Shown: positions 40,919 to 51,725 of the stretch, one piece after another | How the letters are laid out: every line of letters begins with the position of its first letter | Position numbering within the stretch: the first letter of the stretch is position 1 | Assembly: GCA_043803405.1 (NCBI GenBank) | Contig: JAZDKB010000009.1 | Span: forward strand, 192,001-256,000 | Direction: 5' to 3' | DNA length: 64,000 bases | Source: Spirochaetota bacterium | GTDB taxonomy: Bacteria; Spirochaetota; UBA4802; JAFGDQ01 | The notes under the pieces: model-generated | What the model saw: the letters and a program-made list of their open reading frames with translations, nothing else | Databases searched by the model: none | What the model was told of the DNA's origin: nothing | Program-made: the position numbers and the translations under genes

Positions 40919-41341
40919 ATGAAAAGATTTCTTATTGCCGTACTGGCGACAGCTTTCTTTGTAACAGCCCTGGTAGCAGCACCGAATAAAATGAAAGAAG
41001 GTAAATGGGAAATAACGATGAGCATGAACATGCAGGGTATGCCGTTTGCAATGCCTCCTGTTACTCATACACAATGCATCACTAAAAAAGACCTGGAAGA
41101 TAATAAAAAAACTCTTCCGGCAGCAGGGAAGAGCGAAAATTGCGAAATAAAAGACTATAAAATAAGCGGAAATACTGTAACGTGGAAAACAGTATGCAAA
41201 GACGGAACCAAAGGCAGCGGTGAAATTACTTATAAAGGAGATTCGTATTCAGGGACAATGACAATGGAAACTGTAGATAAAAAAGGGAATAAATCCGTTA
41301 TAAACTATAAAATAAAAGGACGCCGTCTGGGCGACTGCTAA
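40919..41341 (+). CDS. DUF3617-like exported protein
   Basis: Signal peptide, MKEGKWEIT, TQCIT, C...C, KGRRLGDC C-terminus. Confidence 0.8.
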   Translation: MKRFLIAVLATAFFVTALVAAPNKMKEGKWEITMSMNMQGMPFAMPPVTHTQCITKKDLEDNKKTLPAAGKSENCEIKDYKISGNTVTWKTVCKDGTKGSGEITYKGDSYSGTMTMETVDKKGNKSVINYKIKGRRLGDC

Positions 41342-41354
41342 TAATTGCTTTAAC

Positions 41355-41387
41355 AAAAAAAGCGGGGATAACAATCCCGCTTTTTTT
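41355..41387. terminator. Bidirectional Rho-independent terminator
   Basis: A7-GCGGGGAT-aaca-ATCCCGC-T7 between convergent genes. Confidence 0.85.
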
Positions 41388-41412
41388 ATAAAAACAAAAC
41401 AATCAATAAATA

Positions 41413-42219
41413 TTATTTTGACTTTACTATTTCTTCTATAAATTTAATAACAGGCTGATCGCCTGCCTTAGTAGTATAAACCTGAACAGGTGAATAAATA
41501 AAGTTAAGGATTTCTCCGGATTTAATCTTTTCTTTAAATAAAGGAATATTTTCTTTATTTGCAATAATATATACATTATTCTTTCCGGTTTTAGTTGTAA
41601 GCAGTATAAGCCTGTCCCCGGCTTCAGTATTATCCTTTAAAGAAGAAGGAATCTTATACATCTTTTTAGGATATAATGAACCCTGAAACATCTTCCCCTG
41701 CAGCGATTTATAATCATTAATTAATTGTTTATATGTTGCTCTAGGAATTATACTGTAATCGAAAGAAGGAATTTTATCCGGATTTAAGACAGGTATTCCG
41801 GTTGTAATAGCCTGGGAACCTTCTATAGTATCCTGCCTTGATGCTATTTTATCGCCTTCAAGTTTAATTATTACAAATTCCTGCGTATCATAAGTAGTAT
41901 TTTCGACTTTTTCCGCAACATTTTCCGTTCCCGGCTCTGTCAATATTCCTATTTCCCTTACCACAATACCATTGCCGCCCTTTTTCCTTGCATAATTTTT
42001 TGCGTCTTCGATCCTTTTTTCGGTTTTCCCGCCCCTAACGCGAAGCAAGCCTATCTCCTGATATTTTTGGGCCGGTTTTATATTATTAAACACCTCTATT
42101 TCTTCATTATCTCCAAGCGGTGAAAATTCATTTCCTGTTTTTATGAATTCTGCGCTTGTACAGGAGAATAATATACCGGAGATGCATAAGAAAAATAAAA
42201 ACTTAAACATTCTTTGCAT
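41413..42219 (-). CDS. Hypothetical lipoprotein
   Basis: Spirochaete-type lipobox LFSC; N-terminal domain with ARKKGGNGIVV. Confidence 0.7.
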   Translation of the reverse strand: MQRMFKFLFFLCISGILFSCTSAEFIKTGNEFSPLGDNEEIEVFNNIKPAQKYQEIGLLRVRGGKTEKRIEDAKNYARKKGGNGIVVREIGILTEPGTENVAEKVENTTYDTQEFVIIKLEGDKIASRQDTIEGSQAITTGIPVLNPDKIPSFDYSIIPRATYKQLINDYKSLQGKMFQGSLYPKKMYKIPSSLKDNTEAGDRLILLTTKTGKNNVYIIANKENIPLFKEKIKSGEILNFIYSPVQVYTTKAGDQPVIKFIEEIVKSK

Positions 42220-42589
42220 GCTGACCTCGTTTAATATATGAGAAATATATTTTTTCCAAAAAAAATTTACTTTTTAATAAAAAACGTCTTTCCTTAATTT
42301 AAAATATCGGCTGTAATCTTTAAAAATTCAAGTTAAACATTTTTAGCTGTTTTTTATCTATAATTAAATTTTTTTTTATTTTCCCCTTGACTTTTATGCT
42401 ATTCCGGCCAATCTGTGTAAAAATATTGCTTTTTTAAAGATGTCCTCATTACCTTTTTTTAACAAGTAATATATTCAATATTACTCTTTTAAAAGGCATA
42501 ATAAAATCAATTTTAATTCATCCTAAACTGACTTTCTTGAAGGCATTTTTTTATATTTAACGGGATGTTTAGTTTTAAACAAAACAAGC

Positions 42590-42610
42590 AAATATTGATC
42601 ATCAATATTT
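42590..42610 (+). promoter_or_regulatory. Candidate operator upstream of acs
   Basis: AAATATTGAT-c-ATCAATATTT perfect IR, 30 bp before ATG42641. Confidence 0.45.
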
Positions 42611-42640
42611 ATATAATTAATAATTCCAAGGAGAAGTAAT

Positions 42641-44638
42641 ATGGCTGAAGTTACTCTTAAAGAAATTTACAAGGTTCCGGAAAAGTTCAGACAAGGGGCA
42701 TATATAAAAAGCCGCGCGGAATACGATAAGATGTATAAGGAATCGGTTGAAAATCCCGATGCTTTCTGGAAAAAAATTGCGGAACAAGAACTAACATGGT
42801 TCAAAAAATTTGACAAAGTAAGCGACTGCAACTTTGGCAAAACTGCAAAAGATCTCAGAGTGAAATGGTTTTTAAACGGCAAAATAAACGTTTCCTATAA
42901 CTGCCTTGATCGTCAACTTGAAAAAAGAGGAAATCAGGTAGCTATTATATGGGAAGGCAATGATCCATCAGAAAGTAAAAAATTCACCTACAAGCAACTT
43001 CACGAGCAGGTCTGCAAATTCGCGAATGTTTTAAAAGCTAACGGAGTTAAAAAAGGAGAAAGAGTAACCTTCTTCCTGCCAATGATTCCTGAACTTGCAA
43101 TCGGTATTCTTGCCTGCACAAGAATAGGCGCGATCCATTCGGTTGTATTCGGCGGATTCTCTGCTGAAGCTCTAAGAGACAGAATCATAGACGCAGATAG
43201 CCATTACCTGGTATCCTGCGACGGAACATTCAGAGGCGCAAAGGCTGTTCCTCAAAAAGATAATGCAGACAAAGCTCTTGCAGAATGCCCGAACGTAAAA
43301 CTTCACATAGTTGTAGAAAGAGTTGGGAAAGGCAAAGGCGTAGAATGCAAATGGAATCCTAAAACCGACAAATGGTATCATGAAGAAATGGCAAAAGTTG
43401 ATGCAAAATGTGAAGCTGAGCAGATGGATTCAGAAGATCCTCTATTTATTCTCTACACATCCGGTTCAACAGGAAAGCCAAAAGGCGTAATGCACACAAC
43501 CGCAGGATATCTGCTATTTGCAGCATATACCCACAAAATGGTCTTCGATTATCATGACGGCGATATTTACTGGTGTACAGCAGACGTAGGCTGGGTAACA
43601 GGACATTCATACATAGTTTACGGCCCATTATGCAATGGAGCAACCTCAATTATGTTTGAAGGCGTTCCAAACTATCCGGATCCAGGCAGATTCTGGGCAA
43701 TAGTTGAAAAATACAAAGTAAACACTTTCTACACAGCTCCAACAGCTATCAGAGCTATTGCAAAAGAAGGTGATTCTTGGGTAGATAAACATGATATTTC
43801 CTCATTAAAACTTCTCGGATCTGTAGGCGAGCCTCTTAATCCTGAAGCATGGAACTGGTATTATATGAAAATAGGCAGAGGCGAGTGCCCAATCAGTGAC
43901 ACATGGTGGCAGACAGAAACAGGCGGACATCTTATTACTCCGCTGCCAGGCGCCATAGATATTAAACCTGCAATGGCAACAGTCCCGTTCTTCGGAGTGC
44001 AGCCTACAATAGTTGACGACGGAAATACTGAAATAAAAGGTGTAGGTGAAGGAGCCCTTTGCATAAACGCATCATGGCCCGGAATGATGAGAGGAGTATA
44101 CGGCGATAAAGGCAATGAAACCTTCTTCGCTAAATATTTCGAACAATTCCCTGGCCGCTACTTCTCAGGTGACGGCGCAAAGAGAGACAAAGACGGTTAC
44201 TATCAGATAACCGGCCGTGTTGACGACGTTATTAACGTATCCGGTCACAGAATGGGAACAGCTGAAATCGAGTCTGCTCTTGTATCCAATAAAAAAGTTG
44301 CTGAAGCTGCAGTTGTCGGATATCCACATGCAATCAAAGGAACTTCAATATACGCATTTGTTACATTAAAGACAGGCGTTCCGAAAACAGAGGAACTGAA
44401 GAAAGAACTCATTGCAACAGTAAGAACAGTTTTAGGCCCCATTGCAACTCCTGAACTTATTCAGTGGGCGGATGGACTACCGAAAACACGTTCCGGCAAG
44501 ATCATGAGAAGAATTTTAAAGAAAGTTGCTGCTGCCGATTTCGACCCGAAAGGAATGGGAGATATTTCAACTCTTGCCGACCCGGCAGTTGTTGAAGTTT
44601 TAATTAGCGGAGCAAAAGAAACTCAAAAGATTAAATAA
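42641..44638 (+). CDS. acs: Acetyl-CoA synthetase (AMP-forming)
   Basis: [59 protein letters not shown]. Confidence 0.97.
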   Translation: MAEVTLKEIYKVPEKFRQGAYIKSRAEYDKMYKESVENPDAFWKKIAEQELTWFKKFDKVSDCNFGKTAKDLRVKWFLNGKINVSYNCLDRQLEKRGNQVAIIWEGNDPSESKKFTYKQLHEQVCKFANVLKANGVKKGERVTFFLPMIPELAIGILACTRIGAIHSVVFGGFSAEALRDRIIDADSHYLVSCDGTFRGAKAVPQKDNADKALAECPNVKLHIVVERVGKGKGVECKWNPKTDKWYHEEMAKVDAKCEAEQMDSEDPLFILYTSGSTGKPKGVMHTTAGYLLFAAYTHKMVFDYHDGDIYWCTADVGWVTGHSYIVYGPLCNGATSIMFEGVPNYPDPGRFWAIVEKYKVNTFYTAPTAIRAIAKEGDSWVDKHDISSLKLLGSVGEPLNPEAWNWYYMKIGRGECPISDTWWQTETGGHLITPLPGAIDIKPAMATVPFFGVQPTIVDDGNTEIKGVGEGALCINASWPGMMRGVYGDKGNETFFAKYFEQFPGRYFSGDGAKRDKDGYYQITGRVDDVINVSGHRMGTAEIESALVSNKKVAEAAVVGYPHAIKGTSIYAFVTLKTGVPKTEELKKELIATVRTVLGPIATPELIQWADGLPKTRSGKIMRRILKKVAAADFDPKGMGDISTLADPAVVEVLISGAKETQKIK

Positions 44639-44671
44639 GCACCACTGGTTCTTTTTAACAATGTTTAAAAT

Positions 44672-44705
44672 AAAAAAAGCGGGATATAAAAATCCCGCTT
44701 TTTTT
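44672..44705. terminator. Bidirectional Rho-independent terminator
   Basis: A7-GCGGGAT-loop-ATCCCGC-T7 between convergent acs and the ADP-forming ligase. Confidence 0.85.
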
Positions 44706-44740
44706 ATGCTTTTTGAGGATGTATTGCTACTGCCGTAGTT

Positions 44741-46909
44741 CTATCCTTCTATTATATTTTGGCGTCTTAACCCATAATGATACATCTGGCTAAGCACTTC
44801 CGATGCCAGTTCGACTGTGGAATATACTGGAAATCCTGCCTGTTCCATTTTAATTACATCGTTAATCATGAATTCCTTGCAGGCCACACAGCATAGAACC
44901 GTCTTCCCCTTATAATCAATATTTTTCATAATTTCAACAAACGATCCCAGTATTTCACCCTGAATTACCACTATAAAACTCTGAACATCGTTGCTGTCCA
45001 GACCTATTTCAATTAAAGTTTTTACCTGTTCCGGAGACATGGAAAATGAACAGTCTATAGGATTGGCTACATTTGCAAAATCCGGAAGAGCATCTCTTAG
45101 ACGTTTCTGAAGCATTGTATCCAGCGCAGAGAGACGCATCCCCGAGAGATAAAGCATATCCGTTGCAGCTACTCCCAGCGAGCCTGTATAGGTAATGACC
45201 AGAACGCCGTTGCCTTTCGGAACAGGTTGCTTCGAGAAAGCGCGGATAAGCGCAAATAGATGTTCATTGTCGCGCGCGCGTATCACACCGCTTTGTTTGA
45301 AGGCTGCGCTGTTGATTTCGTCATTGCCGGCAAGCGAAGCAGTATGTGAAGATACGGCTTTCTTGCCTGCTTCAGTACGGCCGTTTTTAAGTACTATTAC
45401 AGGCTTTCGAAGAGATGCCTTGCTTGCTACGTCAACAAATCTCCTGCCGCTGCGTACATCTTCCATATACATAACTATAAGTGAGATGTGTTCATCTCCG
45501 CTTAAATATTCCAGAATGTCGGTTTCGTTTATATCCATCTTATTACCTATGGTAGCTACAATACCGAAATCCTGTATATTGCTTAGTCCGGTAAGTATCC
45601 CTGCAGCATAGACTCCGGCCTGAGCTACCATCCCGACATTTCCTTTATTGAGATTGCCGAGCAGCCCTATCGATTGAACCATATTGTGATGTGTATTGAT
45701 AACGCCCGAGCAATTGGGTCCCAGAATGCGGCAGCCATTTTCACGAATTATCGTTTTAAGCGATTCCTGAACCCTTTTCCCTTCTTCGCCGCTTTCTGCA
45801 AAACCTGCTGCTTCAACCACAACAAATCTTACCCCTTTCCTGCAGCAGTCAGCTACAGCTGCTTCGACTGCTTTTGCCGGAACGATTATTATTGCCAGGT
45901 CAATGGGTTCCTGAACGTCCAGAATGGACTTATAAGTTTTAATGCCCATCATTAGGTCTTTTCCAGGATTGATGGGATAAAGTTTGCCGGGAAATTCATG
46001 ATTTATAAGATTCCAGAGTACGTTGTAACCCAGTTTGCCTTTAACATCGGATGCGCCAATTATGGCAATACTATCCGGATAAAAGAAATCATGCATATTC
46101 GCATTACCTGATGCGGCAAAAAGGTCAGGCTGTACTGGTTCACGGACAAACATACGGGCATCTACAACCGTATACCCGTCAGAGTATAAAAACAGCGGAT
46201 TAAGATCCAGTTCGCTTATTTCAGGATTTTCAGCTACAAACATGGATACCTTCATAAGCAGTTTACGAAGAGAATCAAGATCGACAGCCGCCTGCCCCCG
46301 GTGTCCCTTTAAAATAGCAGCTCCGCGAATTTCTTCAATCATTTCCGCGGCGTCCTTTTCTGTAATCGGAAGAATGCGAAAAGAAACATCGCGCAGCACC
46401 TCAACGAACACGCCTCCGAGGCCGAACATAATAACGGGACCGAAATTCGGATCGCGCACCACGCCGATTATCGCTTCTACTCCCGGCCTGGCCATCTGTT
46501 GAACGCTGATACCTTCAATGTGCTGTTTTTTAAACTTTTTGCACATTTCATTGTACGTGGCGCGGACATTAGCCTGCCCTGTTACATTAAGTTTAACTCC
46601 GCCTGCATCAGTTTTATGGACCACATCCAGTGAAGCTATTTTTAAAACAACAGGAAAACCTATTTCTTTGCTGATGCTTGCGGCTTCTTTTTCGGAACGC
46701 GCAAGCAGATAACCGGTAGTTGAAACGCCAATATTCTCAAGTATCTCTTTGCTTTCATGCTCCATCAGATAGCTGCGCTTTTCCAGCAAAGCCTGATCTA
46801 TTATCTCTCTATGACTGTGTGTTTTTTGACGCGAATCCGTTTTATCCCGCTTATCACGCTTTGCGGATATAGCTTTTTTTTTGCGTGATGTGGAAACTTG
46901 CTTCTTCAT
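44741..46909 (-). CDS. Acetate/acyl-CoA ligase (ADP-forming), beta(ATP-grasp)-alpha fusion
   Basis: HKTDAGGV, FGLGG, LDLNP (beta); IAIIGAS, YPINP, GPNC, SSHTASLAG with catalytic His, NPID (alpha). Confidence 0.9.
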   Translation of the reverse strand: MKKQVSTSRKKKAISAKRDKRDKTDSRQKTHSHREIIDQALLEKRSYLMEHESKEILENIGVSTTGYLLARSEKEAASISKEIGFPVVLKIASLDVVHKTDAGGVKLNVTGQANVRATYNEMCKKFKKQHIEGISVQQMARPGVEAIIGVVRDPNFGPVIMFGLGGVFVEVLRDVSFRILPITEKDAAEMIEEIRGAAILKGHRGQAAVDLDSLRKLLMKVSMFVAENPEISELDLNPLFLYSDGYTVVDARMFVREPVQPDLFAASGNANMHDFFYPDSIAIIGASDVKGKLGYNVLWNLINHEFPGKLYPINPGKDLMMGIKTYKSILDVQEPIDLAIIIVPAKAVEAAVADCCRKGVRFVVVEAAGFAESGEEGKRVQESLKTIIRENGCRILGPNCSGVINTHHNMVQSIGLLGNLNKGNVGMVAQAGVYAAGILTGLSNIQDFGIVATIGNKMDINETDILEYLSGDEHISLIVMYMEDVRSGRRFVDVASKASLRKPVIVLKNGRTEAGKKAVSSHTASLAGNDEINSAAFKQSGVIRARDNEHLFALIRAFSKQPVPKGNGVLVITYTGSLGVAATDMLYLSGMRLSALDTMLQKRLRDALPDFANVANPIDCSFSMSPEQVKTLIEIGLDSNDVQSFIVVIQGEILGSFVEIMKNIDYKGKTVLCCVACKEFMINDVIKMEQAGFPVYSTVELASEVLSQMYHYGLRRQNIIEG

Positions 46910-47077
46910 GCTGCTCTCTCCTTCGCATGCTATGGACAGCGCCCTCCATTTGACGCATCCAAAACAGTATTGATTAGAATTATATGGAAAAATAATAGAA
47001 ATTTTTTAAAAGGGAGGCTATATTGTCCACAATTTTTTTAAAAATCTTAAAGATTCTAAGTAATTAAAAAAATTAAA

Positions 47078-48022
47078 TCAGGAGGGTTGTTTCCTGATAA
47101 GCAGCAGATATTCGTATTTATATAGATCTTCAATGAACTGGCATATCAATTCTGCCTCATCGCTTTGACTCCCTTTTAATTTCATAATGTAAATTAATTT
47201 ATCGGTTAGTTCAAACGGAATATAGTCTGCGAAAGGGCCTCTGCGACATGAGTAGCCAAATGCTTCTGCGACCTTTTGAAGATAAGATAATTTTATTGTA
47301 TATTCATCATGTCCCATAAGGGATATCTTTTCCGGGATTCCTTTTGATTCCATGTAAATAGGGAACGGAATATTATCCGGAACAGCCGCTTCACAACTGT
47401 GCTCCCCGCAAAAAATATAGGGTATACCGGAAGCGCAGAGCTTTTCAATAATTTTCAAAGCCCCCAAATTAAAATTAAACTTATCGGACTCAGGCTTTTT
47501 AAGTATGTAGCTTTTAAATAAACGACGGGTTTCTATAAGGTCAGGATCGCCCGTTTTAAAATCAGAATTAAACAGCTCACAATTAAGATTAACCAGTGTC
47601 GGAAAATCACCGAGGTTCTCATTGAGAATTGCCAGATCGAACTTTTTCAGAAAGTCCGGTTCGGTCTCCAGGAAATCCTCGTTCCTGAATGACACAGTGT
47701 GTGATCGAAGCGTTTCTTTTTGCTTCTCCAAAAGAGCGTTTGAAATATCCACCATGCATGCCTCAAAGGAATTCCGGTCAAGGAAATCCTTCATCAGGTA
47801 ACCGTACCCCCCGCCTATCTCAATGACTTTTTTTATTTCTTTTAGGGGAATAAACTGACTTAAAAATTCATACAGCAGATTGCCGTAGGATTGATTATTA
47901 AACAGTATTTTTCGAAGAGGCGTGTTTTCAGGTTGGAGTGAATTACAGACAGTAAGTTCCCATCCCAGCGTATTCAGCTTTTCCGTGTGATATGCAATTG
48001 TTGTATTAAGATAATAATCCAT
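47078..48022 (-). CDS. Class I SAM-dependent methyltransferase
   Basis: VIEIGGGYG, MVDIS, LNENLGDF. Confidence 0.75.
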   Translation of the reverse strand: MDYYLNTTIAYHTEKLNTLGWELTVCNSLQPENTPLRKILFNNQSYGNLLYEFLSQFIPLKEIKKVIEIGGGYGYLMKDFLDRNSFEACMVDISNALLEKQKETLRSHTVSFRNEDFLETEPDFLKKFDLAILNENLGDFPTLVNLNCELFNSDFKTGDPDLIETRRLFKSYILKKPESDKFNFNLGALKIIEKLCASGIPYIFCGEHSCEAAVPDNIPFPIYMESKGIPEKISLMGHDEYTIKLSYLQKVAEAFGYSCRRGPFADYIPFELTDKLIYIMKLKGSQSDEAELICQFIEDLYKYEYLLLIRKQPS

Positions 48023-48105
48023 TTAATAAATTTCTTTAAGCAGGCTGCAGGGTTTAATTCTAAAAAATTCCTTCTACTCACAATCTTAAATGTATCAATG
48101 TAGTA

Positions 48106-48549
48106 CTATTCATCAACATACTTATCATTAAACCATGTTCCTTCTTTTTGCGTCCCGTCGCTGTAATAATATATCCCCTTGCCGTGCATTTTATTGAATC
48201 TGCTTTCCCCTGTATATTTATCGCCGTTCGGCCATGTCCATGTGCCAATTCCGTCTATAAATCCGTTTTTAAATTCTCCGGCATACTGGCCGCCGGTGCT
48301 GCTTGATCCTTTTCCGAAAAAGAAAGTTCCCTGCCCGTGCATGGCACCGTTTTTGAACTGTCCTTTATACTTGCTGCCGTTTTCCCATGTATATGTGCCG
48401 GTACCGTTTACGCAATTGCCTTCTACGCACCCATATACAGCAGCAGGAATTTTATCCCTTTTTTCTTGAGTAGCAGTTGTTATTGTTTTACAGCCGAAGA
48501 TAAATAGCGGGAAAAGAAACATAAAAATTACAACAGTTTTCTTTAGCAC
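48106..48549 (-). CDS. MORN-repeat lipoprotein
   Basis: Lipobox IFGC; repeated YxGxFxNGxxHGxG; GTG start with GGAGG. Confidence 0.85.
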   Translation of the reverse strand: MLKKTVVIFMFLFPLFIFGCKTITTATQEKRDKIPAAVYGCVEGNCVNGTGTYTWENGSKYKGQFKNGAMHGQGTFFFGKGSSSTGGQYAGEFKNGFIDGIGTWTWPNGDKYTGESRFNKMHGKGIYYYSDGTQKEGTWFNDKYVDE

Positions 48550-48582
48550 ATTTCCTCCTTGGGAAAATTATAATATTAATTT

Positions 48583-49863
48583 TTAATTCGACAAAATTTC
48601 ATTAAACTTATCAAACACTTCTTTTTCCGATAAAATTGTATTATGATCGGCATTAAAACCAAAAATACCCTTGGCTCCGGAATACGCACGCGCGTCAAGT
48701 GCCCTGCCTTTGGACGTGTTGTCGTTCTTGCCGAAAAAAAGATAATAATCAATTGAAGAAGAAATATTTTTATCCAGTAATGTTTTTATGAACATGCTGT
48801 GTGATGATACGTCGATCCAGCTGGGCAAAACATACGGAGCAGTTTTCAAAGCTGCATCGGCAAACTCGAATCCCGACCACGGAGTGGCAAATGTAGCATA
48901 AAGCTTAATTAATTTTTCTTTGTCTCCGCAATAGGTCGTCAGCATGGAGCGTGTAACAAGACCGCCCATGCTGTGAGCGATTAAATAAAGCCGTTTAAAA
49001 CGATATTTCTGCTCCAGTTCTTTTATTTTTATATAAAGAAGTTTTGAAAGCAGCGGCAACCTTAAACCTGCAGGATAATAAAAAAACAACGGCTGATATT
49101 TTTTTTTGTCCAGGCGTACATAAAAGTAAGCCCAGTCCTGCGGGGAACCCTGAGCGCCGTGCACAAATAAAACCGGGATTTTTGAAGGATCATAATTTGC
49201 GGTTAAATAAATATTTGCGCCAAACGCTTTCATGAATAACGACGGATGCCACCATCCGATCTTTGCATTATCTGAAGAAAATATTTCACTGTATATTTTT
49301 CTTATCTGGCCGTTATAAGTTGTGTATTCAATGCTGTTATAATTGTATTGAACGGAAAATTTTTCGGGTAATTTAATTCCATTTAACTCTGAACTGCCGA
49401 TATTCAGATTAATATCATTCCTGATTTCATTGTTTTTTAAAACGATTTTATCGGGTCTGCCGTATACCCCGGTAATTTCATTTCCGTCAAAGATATAATC
49501 ATTATTCGAGTCGGTGATTGCATACAGATAATACACGCCTTCCGGCAAATAAAGCATAAAGTTAGTTGTATGGTTAAGAATAACATAGCTCGTTATATAT
49601 TTTTTTTCTTCCGTTACAGGATTAACGGAATATGCAAGAATTACAACCGGCTGCTCTTTTAACTCTTTCAAATTTATCGAGCCCATAATCACGGAAGTAT
49701 TATTCTCTGGATAATCCTTTACATTTATTACAGTGCTTTTTTTAACACGCATGGAATCCGTGTCATCTATACTCAGGAATGAACAGGACATAAAAATAAA
49801 AAATATATTTATTAAACAATAAAACCGGTTTTTAATTTTCATAAATGATAAATGTTCATGCAA
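48583..49863 (-). CDS. Alpha/beta-hydrolase (lipase/esterase, PGAP1-like) lipoprotein
   Basis: Lipobox FMSC, VLFVHGAQG, nucleophile AHSMGG, ATPWSG, ADHNTIL. Confidence 0.85.
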   Translation of the reverse strand: MHEHLSFMKIKNRFYCLINIFFIFMSCSFLSIDDTDSMRVKKSTVINVKDYPENNTSVIMGSINLKELKEQPVVILAYSVNPVTEEKKYITSYVILNHTTNFMLYLPEGVYYLYAITDSNNDYIFDGNEITGVYGRPDKIVLKNNEIRNDINLNIGSSELNGIKLPEKFSVQYNYNSIEYTTYNGQIRKIYSEIFSSDNAKIGWWHPSLFMKAFGANIYLTANYDPSKIPVLFVHGAQGSPQDWAYFYVRLDKKKYQPLFFYYPAGLRLPLLSKLLYIKIKELEQKYRFKRLYLIAHSMGGLVTRSMLTTYCGDKEKLIKLYATFATPWSGFEFADAALKTAPYVLPSWIDVSSHSMFIKTLLDKNISSSIDYYLFFGKNDNTSKGRALDARAYSGAKGIFGFNADHNTILSEKEVFDKFNEILSN

Positions 49864-51060
49864 TTATTTAACTTGCTGATTTTTAAATTTTGAAATCAGA
49901 TTGATTATCTTCTCATTCTTTTTTGCTTTTGCTAATGTTAATGCATCTTTATTAAAATTATCTACTATATCCAAATCTGCTTTATTCTGCAGCAACAGTT
50001 CGGCTATATAATAATAATTATTTTCAGATGCTTTCATCAACGCTGTCTGGCCTGTTTTGTCCTGTATATTAGCTTCAGCGCCGTTGTCCAGCAATTGCGC
50101 CACTGCATCATAGCAATTATAGTTTGCTGCCTTAATGAGAGCAGTCTGTCCAGTGCTGTCCCGGGTATCAATTTTAGCACCCTTTTCAATCAATTGTGTA
50201 ACTATATTATCATAATTATATAATGCCGCAAACATAAGAGCGGTCTGCCCGCTTTTATCCTGTATGTTGACATCACATCCTTTATTTATTATTAGGGATG
50301 CAGCGCTATCAAATTTATAACTTATTGCCTGCATTAGAGCCGTCTGCCCAATATTGTCCTGTATATTCAGATCAAATTTGTTCTGAAGCATTATTAAAAC
50401 AATATCATCGTACTTCCAGTATACTGCAAGCATAAGCGCTGTCTGTCCATCCTTATTCTTAATGTTTAAATTTTTATCGAATGGAGCCATGATTTTAGCA
50501 GCGCTGAAATATTTATTTTTCAAAGCAAACATTAACGGTGTGTCTCCGTTTGCGTCAAGTGTCGAATGACAATCAGGCTTTGAGCTTAATATTTTAACGA
50601 TAGCATTAAGCTTATATTCGATAGCTATAGTCATTGCCGTATATCCGTACGAATCCGGAAGTTTTACATTCGCATTTTTATTCAGTAAAATTTGTACAAT
50701 TTCCGGTTTATTATATTTAACAGCAGTCATTAACGCTGTAAATCCATCCTCATCCTGAATATCCGGATCGGCATTCCGTGATACCAGGTATTCAACAAGG
50801 CCTGTGTGTCCGTACTGTGAAGCATAAATTAACGCGGTTTTATTATCAGAATCCCCGTGATTGACATCAACGATCTTCTCTTCAACACACGTCATAACCA
50901 TTATAATGTTACTTGTTTCAATATATTTAAAGAACGCGGATTCAGGATTGGAGTAGGAATAGGAAATCTCTCTGTTGTATAAACGAATAACGTCCGAAGA
51001 AGCGCAATGCATACAAAGAGATAATAATAAAGAGGTAATAATTAATATATGCTTTTTCAT
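49864..51060 (-). CDS. Ankyrin-repeat lipoprotein/exported protein
   Basis: About 10 repeats of D..G.TALM.A; N-terminal signal with Cys. Confidence 0.93.
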   Translation of the reverse strand: MKKHILIITSLLLSLCMHCASSDVIRLYNREISYSYSNPESAFFKYIETSNIIMVMTCVEEKIVDVNHGDSDNKTALIYASQYGHTGLVEYLVSRNADPDIQDEDGFTALMTAVKYNKPEIVQILLNKNANVKLPDSYGYTAMTIAIEYKLNAIVKILSSKPDCHSTLDANGDTPLMFALKNKYFSAAKIMAPFDKNLNIKNKDGQTALMLAVYWKYDDIVLIMLQNKFDLNIQDNIGQTALMQAISYKFDSAASLIINKGCDVNIQDKSGQTALMFAALYNYDNIVTQLIEKGAKIDTRDSTGQTALIKAANYNCYDAVAQLLDNGAEANIQDKTGQTALMKASENNYYYIAELLLQNKADLDIVDNFNKDALTLAKAKKNEKIINLISKFKNQQVK

Positions 51061-51062
51061 AT

Positions 51063-51725
51063 TTACATGAAGCCTTCTTCCATTAAAATACGCCTGAGCT
51101 TTTTATTCTGCTGCTCATGATCATCTGCTGCTGTTCCGGCCATTTTCTCAACATATTTTGAAAGGATATCGATTTCAATATTTACTTCCGCGCCGGTTTT
51201 TTTTTCAATGAGAGTTGTATTTTTAATTGTTTCCGGAATAATATATAATCTGAAGCCGCTGTCGGATAACGCAACAACAGTAAGCGAAATACCGTCTACG
51301 GCAATCGAACCTTTTGCTACAATATATTTTGATATCCCTTTGGATACTGCGATCTCGATGCTTAACCCGCTGCCGTCTTTTGCTATTGATTTGATTTTCC
51401 CTCTTCCGTCAATATGCCCCTGCACAAAATGCCCGCCAAACCTTGCGTCTGCGGACATCGCCCTCTCAAGGTTAACCCTTCTGCCGGATGATAATGAACC
51501 GAAGGTAGTTGCCTCCATAGTAACTTTTGATGCAAACACGGTAAAGGAATCGTCCGTAAATCCGGTTACAGTCTGGCATGCCCCGTCTATCGAAATTGAA
51601 TCACCGGTCTTGATATTGTTCAGGACTTTCGCAGCGGATACCGTTAAATAAATCCCTCCGCCGGATTCACCTGAAGATTTTACCGATTTAACAATCCCGA
51701 TTTCCTCAATTAATCCTGTAAACAT
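51063..51725 (-). CDS. ribE: Riboflavin synthase (alpha)
   Basis: MFTGLIEEIG N-terminus, GDSISIDGAC, GGHFVQGH, KGSIAVDGISLT. Confidence 0.95.
   Translation of the reverse strand: MFTGLIEEIGIVKSVKSSGESGGGIYLTVSAAKVLNNIKTGDSISIDGACQTVTGFTDDSFTVFASKVTMEATTFGSLSSGRRVNLERAMSADARFGGHFVQGHIDGRGKIKSIAKDGSGLSIEIAVSKGISKYIVAKGSIAVDGISLTVVALSDSGFRLYIIPETIKNTTLIEKKTGAEVNIEIDILSKYVEKMAGTAADDHEQQNKKLRRILMEEGFM

Noticed and set aside
44741..46909. Pat/YfiQ protein acetyltransferase regulating the neighbouring Acs
   Set aside because: No GNAT domain, and the catalytic His of ADP-forming ligases is retained.
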